Below, one piece after another: positions 39,585 through 53,500 of a DNA stretch of 64,000 nucleotides. The position numbers and the translations under genes are program-made. The notes under the pieces are model-generated. The model was not told the DNA's origin. It did no database searches and saw nothing but the letters and a program-made list of their open reading frames with translations. The number at the start of each line of letters is the position of its first letter. The stretch's first letter is position 1. The DNA is from Cycas panzhihuaensis (lineage: Eukaryota > Plantae > Cycadophyta). The stretch is taken from NCBI GenBank assembly GCA_023213395.1, contig CM041465.1:106895741-106959740 (forward strand), given 5' to 3'.

Positions 39585-42500
39585 CATGCTAGATCATTTG
39601 CTCATTTATATATTTATATTACCTATAAGCATCAATTATCAAACCTCTTTTTCCCAAACTTATCTACTACAAGTAAATTACATCTCATATCATAAAAATA
39701 TATCACACTACCATCTGTAAACTAATAATCAAATAAGCATGACTCTTAAGTTATCATAATATCTAAACTTTTATCTTAATAATTTCATATCTTCCACTCA
39801 TAAGCTATAAAATAAACTCATTAATAAAACTAAAAACTAATATTCATATAAAATAACAACCATCTACTAAAATAGATGGGCAATTAACTACTACAATCAT
39901 TAGTTATCTAAGAAGCATTTCTTATATATGGTTCATTAGCTTTACATACACAAATATAACATATTATAGTTAGTGAAATATATTGCAATAAGAGTAATTC
40001 ATGAATATTTTCTCACATTTTGCTTATGAGATATAAGAAAACTTTACCCTATATAGCTTTATTTGCTAATAAATCACTCAAACAACTTTTCTCAAAACAA
40101 CCAACTCTAGGAATGGGTCATACCACCTGGCCTATCAAGCTAACTGTAATAAGGTAATATGTACAATGTATTTCCATATCTCTTATCATATGGGATGATA
40201 AGACTTCTAATTGTAAAAACATATATTAGTTGGATTGCTCAATATTTGAACCTAGTTTTATAAATAATTTGCATTCATTATTATCAATTTCTTAAACAAA
40301 TAAGCTTGTAAGACTCCTCAACATATTATATCAAGTGGCAAACTTAATTATAACTCAACCAAACAACTTTTCTCAATCAATAATCAAAGTTCCAAGTTCT
40401 CTCAAATAACCAAGTGGTGTCCTTTATCCTTTTCTCATCATTTAATTCATCTAAATAAACTAATAAGTGCTTATTGTCTTTTATGTAATCATGTATTAAA
40501 CCAAGTGATTGGTCATTATTCCATCAACCATGCATCATTTCATTTATGGGATCAATATCAAGCCCAAGATGTATTTGTTATCATTATTTCAAGTTCTCGC
40601 ATGTTTCATAATGAAAAATTTTAACCTCTAATATATCATAAATGAGTCTTAATGTGTCACTTTTTACAACTTTTCAATAAAAAATATATCTAAATTTATC
40701 ATTACACTTTTATTTTCATCATTACATACTCGTGAGCTTTTAAAATCATTAAAAAAAATGCTAAATCATATCTCAAACTATTCAAAAAATTAACCTTTTA
40801 GTATGCAAAAAATAACTTGCTCAACTTTACCTATTAAAATTTCCATGATGTGATCTCCAAAATATACCTTGCAACTATTTGTTGTGATTTTGACTAAATC
40901 TTCTTTCCAATGCAATTGATAGCACTCAAATTTGGTTTCGTATGAAGAAGTTATGCAATGAAAAGTAGTATGTCATATAAAATTGAAACATATCAACAAA
41001 TGATGTTAAGCACCTTCATCATTTCACTTGTGGTTGTGTTATTCATTCCATGTGACTATATGGGTTTATGAAGGGACTTGGGACTTCACACAAATATCCA
41101 ATTTTATGAAATATCATCAAAACATTATAAAAAATAAATTTTATATCATATTGTTATGTTGTCATTTAGGATTTCTATGACAATTTTTGGGCAATATCTC
41201 TATAGTTCTCTTTATATAATTAATGTCATATAAAAACATTTATGCATTTACAATTATGGAGGAACAATAGGTGGTGAATTTATGTTGATTTCTTTTATGG
41301 GTGTGAGTATTTTTAGTTGAGCTCCATGTAATTTCTTCCATGAGTGTTTCAAAGTGATATGTGAGTAAATTTTCTATGTGTTAGGTTACAAACCTATGGG
41401 CATATGCATTTTTGGATGCAATGCTTGTAGATTCACCTTTTAAACTTGTATGGCAAATTCGAACTAATGGCATTGGGAAACTTCATTTTTGTTAGGCAAC
41501 CTCAAATAATAGATTGAAAAAATACTTGCCTTAATAGGACTTTATCTATTTATTTCTTCAATGTGCATGTTGATAATACTCATTAGCTAAATTTTAAACT
41601 CTGATGATTTCACTAGATTTCTAAACTCTGCTTAAGGATATCTCTCATGAGACCATCATGATAAATTAGATCAATACAAAATGATATATATATTCTCTAC
41701 CCAAAACTTTATTAATAAGCATCCTTATTTCGTTTGTAACCTTACATAAATGACCCTTATTTATGATTATTATAACCCTTATTTATGATGTCTATTGTGA
41801 TGCTCAATAATATTCTACAACCTACAATATCTTCATAATATCTATGTGCCCATATACTAGGACCAATGAAAGGATTATGTGCCCGATAGTATAAGCAAAT
41901 ATAAATGAATAATAATTGTTACCCATCATGCACTAAACATTTCAAACACTCATAACATCACTACTAGTCACCTCAAACCCTAGTATCAAATTTGTCTCCT
42001 TAAACATATTGAATAATGCCCCCTCATAGTAATTTTTGTAAGCAACTCAATAATACAAAAACAACAATAATAAATTCAACATATTAATATAAGACTCAAA
42101 TACTTAATTTCTTACTCCGTACCTATCAACACTACATTAATCTCATAATGTAACAAATTCAATAGGGAACAATCACATTAAGATACCAAGGAAATGGCTT
42201 GATATGGTAGTGAATCTCCATTTGAATGCTTGCAACAATATCCACAAGACTAAATCAATTTCAAACACTATATCTACAGTTATACATGTCTCTTGTATCA
42301 ACTCTCTCTCAATTTAATAGGTTATGTAGGCATGTTTTGGTGTTTTTAAGTAATATAGAATCTTCTCCATATTATTATTAACTTGATAAAATTCTATATA
42401 TCTAGAGCATAGGTCTACGTAGATAAATAATTGTCCATATCAATGAAATAATCAAGTTTTTACTATTGTCATAACTTTAACACTTTTATCTAACCGCTAA

Positions 42501-43265
42501 TAGATAGTCACATCTCCTCATTATATCCTAGTTTTTTACTTATCAAATTAGTTTGATATTGGATTATGATACTCACTTACTTTTGGTTTAGTATTGGCTC
42601 TCATAATGCTGCATGGATCATCCCCAGATGACAAAGATCATCACCATGTATATATGGACTTTAACATTTTACTAGTTAGCTTATTTTTTACTTCTATTAT
42701 GTAACTCTGATTTAACATCTCAATAGGATCTTTACGTATGCCCTGTACTTTATATTAGCTCTAATACCATTTAAATTTTCTAAAATAACTTATGTAGAAG
42801 GCTATAATCAAGCAAAAGAAAATATAATTGTATGATTAATTAAGCATATAATAAACACAATAAATGAATAAGGCTAAGAAAAAAGGGTCAATTATACAAA
42901 CACCACATGTGATACTATGTTTAGTGTAAAAACCCATAAATGAAAAAATGATCTCTAAATATATATGAGATCTTATACTAAGAAAAAATAATCAATGATC
43001 CACATGGTTAGTCATCTTATCCATATAAGGAGGAGGAGGTGATCTAATTTTCTTTTTAATATGTGTTACCCTTATATAGAAGTGTCACCATATCATCATC
43101 TAATTATATTTCATTATTACATCAATTTATCATATTATGTATTAGAGAACCTTTCACATTAATCAATCATCACTATATCAATATTATATCAATAACCATA
43201 AAAAATAATATTTTAACATAATATTATAGTAAAAAATAAATCTATTAATAATATATAATGTGTAT

Positions 43266-46200
43266 TGATGGAATCAAGAGAGAAAAGAAGTAGAATAAAA
43301 TGCAAGAGAGGGCACTACCAACATTCCATAAGAATAGTAGTGTTGATAAACCCTAGGGTCTTTAGACCCCTTGAATAAATAAGTGGGACTAAGAGAGATT
43401 TAGCATATCTCTTAAGGTCTATTGCTGATCACCATTGATAAACACCTGACATGCTGCCACAATAATATCTCCATCGATCTAAGTTATAATCCCATTGTGG
43501 TAATCTCCCCAAGGAGGATACATATCCCGATATGGGCATTATTCAATCATTTCTCCCCCATAATACCTATTTGGGAAAATTCCAAGTTTATCTCTAAATT
43601 TAATAAACGTTATTTTACCAAGTGCCTTTATGAATATGTTTGTCATATGTTCTTCAGTATTGCAAAAAACCAATTTTAATTCACCTTGTTATACCATCTC
43701 TTTGATGAAGTGATATTGTGTTTTAAGGTGCTTTGTCCTAACATGAAACATTAGATTTCTAATCATCTAAATGGTGCTTTAATTATCATAAAGTAACTAT
43801 GGGATGTTAGAATTTACCAAAGTACTCTGATACCATGTTGGAATTTGATCACAACTCTAATAACATGTTAGAATTACTCAAAGTAGCAGGTGAAATCATG
43901 TAACTCAAGCCATATTCAAAGTACACTTATGAAGTAGTATTGTATTAACCCATTGTGAAGAGAATACATTAGATTTCCAATAGTTGGTAGTGTTGATGAA
44001 TACTAGGGTTTAAAACGCCATAAGATATATACTTTTGAGAAAGGAGGGAAACGTCCTCGACTTCCAATTTAAAATAATATAAAATAATAATAATGCACAA
44101 TAAAATAATCTTGCCTTATTTACCATGAAGAAGTGTGCACTCACATGTTTCTAAGGTGGGAGTTAGGTGAGGAACATTAACCCCGTCATAGGGGACCAAC
44201 CTATTTTTCCTATAAATCTTGAAGAATCTTCTAAGCTAAACTATCTCACAAACTCCTATTATAGTTGCTTTATACTATGTTATTACAGTAGAAATAGATA
44301 TTATTAATTGCTACTTTGAACTCTATGTTATTATTGCTAAACCCAAACTTAATATATATCCTGAAGTAGATTTCCTTTCATCTATACAACCTACCCATTC
44401 TAAGTATATATAGCCAATCAACCTATAATCCCCTGATGACCTATAATGTAACCTATATCTAATAGCACCTCTGAGATACCTGAGAATCCTTTTAGTTACT
44501 TACCAATGTTTTAGCTTAATTTGATGCATAAATCTAGAAACTGCATTGATTGCATACATGATGTTTAGTCAATTTGAAGTCAAGTAAATTAAGCTTCCAA
44601 TTAATTACCTATAAAGTGTAGGATCAACTAATTCTAATTCCTCAAAGTTGGACAATTTCAACCCAACCTCTACTGGTATTATAAATGGCTTACGACTACT
44701 AATATTAAACTTATGCAATATATCTAATGTGTATTTCCTTTAGAAAACAAATATCTCCTTTTTATCCTATCATACTTCTATGCCTAAGAAGTAATGCATA
44801 AGTCCCAGTTATATCATCTCATATTCTTTGCACATATATTTCTTAAACTTTTAGGATAAATAATCATAGTTCCTAATATATATGTGGATATCCATATATA
44901 ATCCCATAATTAGTACTAAGCTTCCTTCCATTTTATATATAAATTAGGGTCTGATTAGCTTCTTTGAAATCCTTTATCTTTAAAATACTTATCAATCCTA
45001 AAGTACCATGCTCTAGGTGCTTACTTGAGTCCATATAAAGCCTTTTAAAGTTTGTAGACCTTGTCTTCTTCTCCTTTCACTTCAAACCCCTTGGGTTGTT
45101 GAAAATAAATCTTCTCATCTACATAGCCATTCAAGAAGGTACTTTTCACATCCATTTGATGTATTATCTAATATTATTATGTAGCTAAGGTTGTGATTAA
45201 CCTAACTATTTCTAACCTTGCAATAAGTGTAAATGTCTCATTATAATTTATGCACTCAATTTGAGCATAGTCTTTTCTTATCTTATATTTATTAATAGGC
45301 ATATTTGATTTATACTTGGTCTTATAGACCTATTTTGTTCTAATATCATTCCTATTAGGTGGCAAATCTATTAACTCTGATATGTTATTTTTCACTAAGG
45401 TATTATACTCTTCCTCTATTATTTTTTTTAATTCATCTTGATTATTTGCCTCTTTAAAGTTATGAGGCTCATTAGACTCCATAACTTAAGTCATAAATAG
45501 AAAGTTCATCCTTTTAGATCTTGTAGTTCTTCTCTTAAAGTTATTGTCTAAGATGTTTTAAGGGTTATGAGCCCTTTATATCCATTTAGAGACCCTTTGA
45601 TTTGAAGTAGAGGGTCTTGTTTTATTTACATTAGGTACATTTGTACCACTTGAGTTAAAGTCCACTTTAACCATGATATTTTTACCTTTGTCTTTTTTAA
45701 TAACTTCTTCTTAATAGAATTCATCTTCTTTGAAGATGACATCCCTACTCATAATAATTCTTTTGCCTCTTGGATCATAAAGTTTATAAGATTTATAAGC
45801 GTTACTATATCTTATAAATATCCACTTGGTACTCTTATCATTTAATTTTGTCCTCTTTTATTCTAGGATATGTACATGAACTATGCACCCAAAAACTCTT
45901 AAGTATTTAATACTTGGATTGTAACATGTCAAAGCTTTTATAGGTGCAACCCATCTCACTACTTTAGTGGTATACTTATTCAACAAATAAATAATTATAT
46001 ATAAAGCTTATGCCCAATATTCATTACCTTGATGCTTATCCTTAAATATACTTCTTGCCATCTTAATAATAGTCTTGATCTTTCTTTCTGCAACCCTATT
46101 AAATATTTATAAAAATCTTTAAAATATTTCTTATCCCAAAAATATTTACAATAATCTTTAAAATTATTTAAAATAGATTCTCCCTTATTATCTAATCTTA

Positions 46201-49200
46201 AGGTTAAAATTTTAACTCCACTTTATCTTTCAACCATACTTTTGAAGGATTGGAGTGCATCTAACTTGAACTTGAGAAAAAAAATCTAAGTTATCCTTAT
46301 GAAATCATCATTGAATATCATGAAACACTGGAGTCCTCTAAGTAAATCCATATCCATTGGACCACATAAATCTGTATATACTAATTAAAGAGGCCCATTG
46401 GCCCTATAACTTTCATTAAGGAATCTATCCCTTTATTGTTTACTAAGTATACGCTCTTCACACAATTCTTGATCATGTTTCATATTAGGTAGTCCTATCA
46501 CCATTTCCATCTTTTTCATTAAGTCTAAACTATTATAGTTCATATGGCCAAGTCTTTTGGGTCATGTTTTATTATCCATATTGGTTGAAACCTTTAAGGC
46601 ATAATAATCAATTGGGGGGATAATTAGTTTGAATAATTTATCACTAGTCATTTGTCCCTTAGCCACTATTACTTTATTCCTTGGCTTATCTTTGATTGTG
46701 CACTCTCCATTGTCAAATATTACCTTGTACTTTTACTCTATCATTTGTCATGTTTATAACAATTTTTTTTTTAGTACTGGGATCTAAAGTATATTATTAA
46801 TACATCTTATTTCTCCAAAATCTATTTGTATGAAAATATTTCCTTTGCCAACTACAGCTTGAGTGGTATTATCACTAAACATAATATTACTTCTTTTAGT
46901 GTTATCCAATTCTTTCAACCACTCTTCTCTATGTATCATATAGGTAGAACATCCTAAGTCTTTATACCAATTGCCTTCTTCCTCATTTGCCATTAAACTT
47001 TATAGAAAAAGTCTTTCATTTTTCCTTTCTTCAATAATTATATTAAAAGTCCCTTTGTAAATTAAATCTTTTTGTAAAATAAATTTCTTCTAAGTGCCCA
47101 ATTTTATGGTAATAGGAACATTGGATTGTTCCTCTACCCTTATGACTTCTTCCTCTTTATCTTCAGTTTCTACCTCTTTGACTTTGGCCTTTACCTCTTC
47201 CTTAAGGTCCATAATTTTGTTTGTGGCCTTGATTAAATTAGCCTTGAAAATATCTTTATCCTTGACTTTGAAATTGATTTTGACCTTGATGAAAATGGAT
47301 TTATCCTTGATGATATTATCCTTGCCCTTGATAAGCATAATCTTGTCTTCGATAAAATTAATTTTGATTCTAGGTCATTGACCTCTTCTTCTAGGAGATT
47401 ATCTTCTTCCCTTAGAAATTTGCTCTTAAAATCTAGGCATTATATTTACCTTACTGGTAAATACATGCTCTAGAAATTTACTTCTCTCTGTTTTCTCCTC
47501 AACAGCATGTAACATTACACTCAATTAATCAATTTTGAGGGTAGTAAGGCCCTTGGAGATCTTAATACTTATGGCAACTATCTTAAATCTTTTAATATTA
47601 CTAACACATCTCAAGATCTTCTCGACCACTCTTTCCTCGGTAATAACTTCTCTTAAAGCCTTTATTTGATTGACTAGGCCTTAGATTTTTGTTATGAAGT
47701 CATTCACTTCTCAAACTTACTCCTCAATATTTGGAGTTTTGATGTAGTTGCTCCTTCATAAGTGGTGTTCAATACATCCCATACATCTTTTGATGTAGAT
47801 GCTTCACTCACCCTTGGAAAAATATAATCCTCCAATGCACATAAGATAAACATAAAAGCTCCATTATCCTACTTTTCATTCTCCTTATAGGTCATATTTT
47901 GGTCTTAAGTGGTATTGACTTCAAGTGCTCCATAACCTGTTTTAATCAAGTCCCACATATGCTTAGATACAAAAATGGATTTCATTCTTCTACTCCAATT
48001 CAAAAAGTTAGTACCATTAAACTTTAGCACCATTACATTACTTATACTTGAGGCCATAATGAAGAAAATTACCTTAAAAATAAATTATTTAAAAAAGTAA
48101 AGTACTTGAAAAGAAATATTAAAAATCATTTAAATAAGGTAATAAAGACATTTAAAACCATAAATAAAACTTATACTTTTTCATCTTTAAGACATGCACA
48201 AGTGTCCTAATTGGGACTTAACCTCCTCCAAAGTAAGATTTTTATATTAATGATGATTACAAACTAAATTTTTGTTATATTTATTTAAGGGTCATCTCAT
48301 AGGAAGTCTAAAATTAGCATCAACTTTAGTTAGTAAAATATTACATCAAATATCTTCAAAAAAATTTAAAAGATCATCCACTCAATAGGGTATTAAAATA
48401 TGAGCCTAATGCCTCAAATGACACTCAATTCTAACTTTATATGACCAAGTTATGTATTAAAAAGTATAAGAAGGTTAAGAAGGATAAAGAGCCCTTTAGT
48501 ATATGAACTACAAAGAAACTTTATATCAACTTTCAGTCATTAAAAATATTGTCAAATAAAGACCAAACATAGCCATAGGACCACTCATTTTGTTTGGGGG
48601 GAAGTGTAGAATGCTTTAGAGCTAGTAGAACTTAAAATGACCCTTGTTAGTGATTGATATCACTACTGAAGCAGAAATAAGTACTTGTTTCGATATAGAC
48701 TCCTTGAAAAATAAATTAGCCCCTTTGAAAAAAATGGTCTTTTAGTCACTTGTGCATTGAATATGACTTGTAGATTAAATATGCAACCAAAGGATTTGCT
48801 AGAGATATATATAAATAATTCAAATAACACATTGAAATAATCATGTAACTTGAGACTATCTTAGTCAAGCATATGATGCTCAAGAGCAAGAAAGGAGATT
48901 TTTCCATGGCATTAAACACTTAAACATGGTCTTATAAAATCATTACTATCATTGTACAGTATATACTTATCATTACGCAAGCCAAGATGTATAAGCCCAC
49001 GATGCTTGGGATAAACATGTTTGAATAAATGCGTGAGTGACTTGATATATTCAGTCAACTGATGGTGTCGATAATACCAATCAGTAACATAAAATACTCA
49101 AGTATATATGAATTGCAAAGACTACAAACTGACAAGATCAAGATAGATGCAACTATCATATCTTATGCAAAAAAGTGGGCACAAACATTTAAATATCGTA

Positions 49201-50541
49201 GGGGCAAAAGATGCAAATAAAAGTTTGCATGTAAATACTTAGGAAAAAAATGTGTAAATACTTTATAAAGTTGAGGAATAAGGTAGATGTAAATATTGTG
49301 TGTAAATATTATGAAATCTACATTGATGTTAATGGGATCTGTGTACTATTTTTCATGCAATCATTGCAAGGATAAATAAAAAAAGATCGCATAATTATTT
49401 ATAAGACCTACACCTTACTACATAGTCTATTTTTAATCTTTGTGGGACAATGATAATGGCGAGGATAGGGAAGACATAGATAAGTTTTATCCCTTTGGAG
49501 GGAGTCAACCTACTATGGCTATATTTACGTATGCAATCCCTACTCTGCCTCAATGGGATGTTTTATTACAATTGGGATGTGTAAAAATGTAAAAGGTAGT
49601 TTTTGTGAATTTGTGTTGTATATAAATACAACTATTGATCCAATAAAATAGATAAAATTAGAACAATAATAAAGGGCATGGATAAAAAGAATCCACAAAT
49701 GTGGTTTATGGCTTTCAATCATAGGTTTCTTATAAATCCTTAATGCAATTAATAGAGTAGTGTAAGTACATAAGATTTCACTCAAAAAATGGGAGTCATA
49801 AGTATCCACACATGAATAATAGATGTAGATAGAACTAGAGATAAACGAGCTAAAGCATACTTAAAATGGAAATTGGAGCAAAAAAAATAGACTATGATGT
49901 ATATTTAAGATGGGCCTTAACAGGTTCTCAAGTAGACTTTTAAATGGAAATGAATAGGTTTCATTATTTTCGCAAAGACTCGAGGATGTAAATGTGAGTT
50001 GTTCATGGAGAGATTAAGAGAACAGAGTAAATCACACATAAATACATAAGTACTAGTGCCTATTAGAAGTGATTGAGATTCAAGTAATAAATGATAAATA
50101 GGTTAAACAAAAGAAGGAAAGTGTGTATATAAATAAATCAGAAATCATACATATACTAGTGCATGTGACGAACTCCTTCATAAATGGGTCATCCAAATGT
50201 GACTCTGAACACTTAAATGATGGCTTTGAATACCTAAACGATAGCTTTGATACCAAATGATGGAATTAGAGGATAAAGGGAGCAGAATAAAATGTAAGAG
50301 AAGGCACTACCAACATTCCGTGAGAATGGTGGTGTTGATGAATACCAGGTTCTTTGAACCACTTGAATAAATAAGTGAGACCAAGAGGGATTCATCACAC
50401 CTCTCAAGGTCTATCATCAACTGGTGTTAACAAACACCTAACATGTTGGACCATAATATCTCCATCAATCTATCTTATCACCCTAATATGCGTAATCTCC
50501 CCAAGGTGGATGTGTGCCCTAATATAGGCATTATTCCAACA
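43266..50541 (-). mobile_element. Ty1/copia element C, full-length decayed, LTRs 43266-43549 and 50258-50541; same broad family as B
   Basis: TSD TGTAT/TCTAT; PBS AGCTTTGATACCA at 50243-50255; PPT complement TTTCTCCCCCA. Gag ATG 48057 MASSISNVMVLKFNGTNFLNWSRRM; protease WYKDLGCSTYM; integrase YTDLCGPM; RT HQMDVKSTFLNG; RNase H present. Confidence 0.92.
43805..44190 (-). repeat. Solo-LTR-like insertion in the RNase H of element C, ending in two extra ~30-bp PBS/LTR-end units
   Basis: TSD TGGGA/GGGGA. Internal GGTAGTGTTGATGAATACTAGGG is shared with B/C LTRs. Left end reads TGTTAGAATTT..ACTCTGATACCA TGTTGGAATTT..ACTCTAATAACA TGTTAGAATT. Confidence 0.7.
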
Positions 50542-53500
50542 TCTATTGGGTTTCAAATCCAATCTTCTCTTTGTTTACCAACTTTGTCAAAAAATTTATA
50601 AGGTTGAATTTACAAAAAAAAGGTTTTGTAAAAAAGGAATTACGGAGATCGTTATAGGGTTGTTATTACTTCAGGTACTAATGATCATAACAATGGTTTA
50701 TATAACCTATATGATATGAATGGACTAGTAAAAGGTATGATGTTTAAGAATATGGTATGAGATTTGCTTTTTCGTCATACATTGCTTATTTTGATTCTTT
50801 TAATAAGTTATAGCATTTTTTATTTGGTAATATCAACTATGGGTAATTAAATATTTTGCAAAAGCATAATATAGTTATTTCATAATCTCTCCATAATATA
50901 TTATGCCTGTGAGGAATGTATTATAAGAAACATCACATAGATTCTTTATTTCCTGAGGTTATTTTTAAAGCCTAATATTCTCTTGAGTTGATACACTTTA
51001 ATATTTGTGGACCATTTCAAGTAACTTCTATATTAAGAAGAAAATATCTACTTACTTTCATTGATGATTTTTCACATAAATATTGGATTTATATTCCTAA
51101 ACACAAAAGTGATTTGTTTGATAGATTTCTTAAATTCAAACCCCTTTTCTAGAATCAATTTGGTTATAAAATTAATATGTTGAAGCCTGGCAACATCATA
51201 CATTAATAATTAGTTTTTAAATCTTGGAAAGAAGAATGACATTCATTTTTGATATTCTGTTATATATACCCTCAATAAAATGGTGTAGTATGGAAGGAAA
51301 ACATAACTCTTGTTAAAATGGCATATTACATACTATATTTTAAGGGCTTAGAACTAAAATTATGGGTTGAAATCATCATTTGTACTAATTATCTATTAAA
51401 TCATCTACATGTTAGTATTGTTTTTAACATTACTCTTGAAGAAAAATAGTTGAGTAGGAAACCTATAGTGCCATATCTCTAGATCTTTTGTAGTGTTCTA
51501 CAACCTTATATTTCTAATAAATGAAGGAAAATATTAGATTAAAAAAGTACAAGATATATCTTTATTAGTTGTAGTAAAGAGTATAAAATGTATAAACACT
51601 TTGATCCTACTTCTAATAAAGTATTTATTAAGCATTATGCTAAGGTTGATGAGAATGGTTTATACATTTATCCTTCTCATGAGTATGTTAGTGCTTCTTT
51701 GCTTCCTCTTATAAATAACATTACTCACATTCCATCTCATGGCATTGCTTTTGGCTCAAGTATTTCTATCTCAAATGGTCATATTTCTTCTCCTTCTATC
51801 TCTCACATTTGTGGTGGTCATTAATATGATTTAGATGATTCTCATAATGTAAATTTAGATGTTGAAACTTCAAATACTCAAAGACAACCTAAATGGTTTC
51901 AAAAAACACTTACCATAATTAATTTTGATATGTATAATTCTTTCACTCCTAAAAGGGCTTTTACTTAAATGCTTCAAGCTAATTATGCTCTTATGGACAA
52001 GGAAATAGAACTTGAAGACTCTGAATCTTTTGATGAAGTTAAAGACAATCCCTTTTAGAATGCTACTATGGCTGAGTAGTATGATGCTTTGATAAAAAAT
52101 TTATATAAGAGGCAATGTTTTTCCCCTTTATAAGAACCTAGTTGCAAATGGGTCTATTAAACAAAATTTTATTTTGATTATGATATTAAGAAATATAAAG
52201 GTAGATTGGTAACTAGAGGTTTCTTAGAAATCGATAAAGTTAATTATATTGAGACTTTTCCTATGATTACTAAATAAATATTATCAAGTTTTTTATTTCT
52301 TTGGATATTAAATTTATATTGTAATTTCATCAAACAGATGTCAAAAAATCTTTCTTAAATTATGATCTTAAAGAGCAAAGTTGCATGGTCTAACCTCCTA
52401 ATTATGAATTTAGTTATGATCTAGTTTGTAAATCTAAGAAGTCTTTGTATTATTTGAAACAAGCATTTAAGGCTAAATATTTTTAAAAAAAAATAATAAG
52501 TATCATTATCTTATTAATCATGGATTTTCTAAATGTGTGAGTGATTCCAATCTCTATTTTTGATGTCAAGGTAATAAGATTACACTTCTAGTTATTTATG
52601 TATATGATATGGTCATCATTAGTTATAATACTACTTCTATTTATATATCAAGAATGACATGAAGAATAATTTTGAGATGATTGATTTTGGCTTACTTTGT
52701 TATTTTCTTAAATTTCAAGTGCTTCAAATAAATAGTAGTCTTTCAATTTCACAGCCTAACTACATTATAGCTTTACTTAAGAAATTTAGAATGGATGCTT
52801 GCAAGCCTACCCTTACTCATTTTTAAGTGGAGTAAAACTCAACATCATTTATGATTCTCCCCTAATTAAGGTTATTTTATATTAGTAATTACTTAATAAT
52901 TTGATATATTAGACATACTCGAGTTAACATCTCATACGCAATTGGTGTTTATTCTCAATTTATGTGGGACCCTTATGAATCTTATTGTAATGATGTTAAG
53001 AAAATTCTACAATATTTTTAAGGTATTATCCATCATGGTCTTTAATATGAATAATTTGATGGTGATTTTGAGTTGATTGGCTATTCAGATTTTAATTAGA
53101 CAGGTGATTGGTGGAAGAAAGTCAACAACGAGTTATATTTTTCATCTTGGTTCTGGTCCTATCATATAGTTCAGCGTGAAGATATAATATCTTACTCTTT
53201 CTATTATTGAGGCTAAATATCATACATTAGTTAAGTTAATCAAAGAAACTTTGTGGATCAAACCTTTACTTGATGAAATTGGTTTTTCCTTGAAAATGTT
53301 TATCATATTACATATTGATAATTAAAGAGTTATTTATGTTATCGAGAATCATGCACATTACTCAAAGATTAAGTATATTGAACTATACATATTTTTTATA
53401 TATGACCTGATTAGTAATGGAACTATTTAGTTGGAAATTTATCCTTTGGAATAGCAGATTGTAGATGTCTTCACCAAACCACTTGCCAATGACAAGTTTA

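Larger units (their letters stand above)
25695..43218 (-). mobile_element. Copia-derived, apparently non-autonomous LTR element (A): 5' LTR 42770-43218, 3' LTR split as 25695-26054 + 33139-33228
   Basis: The two LTRs align once the LINE is removed. PBS AGCTCTAATACCA at 42757-42769, PPT complement CTCCCC at 33229, TSD GAATA/TAATA. Internal region 39590-42756 shows only a faint protease-like remnant (LVDIVASIQM near 42240). Confidence 0.75.

Noticed and set aside
43805-43885. Repeat-spacer-like pattern reminiscent of a CRISPR array
   Set aside because: Only 2-3 units, spacers of 7-8 bp, the repeat is a retrotransposon PBS/LTR end, eukaryotic context and no cas genes.
47090-47381. ORF-track proteins 47090-47338 (K/I/D-rich) and 47094-47381 (L/S/I-rich) as novel small proteins
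   Set aside because: They are the shifted-frame and antisense readings of the QG-repeat region of copia gag.
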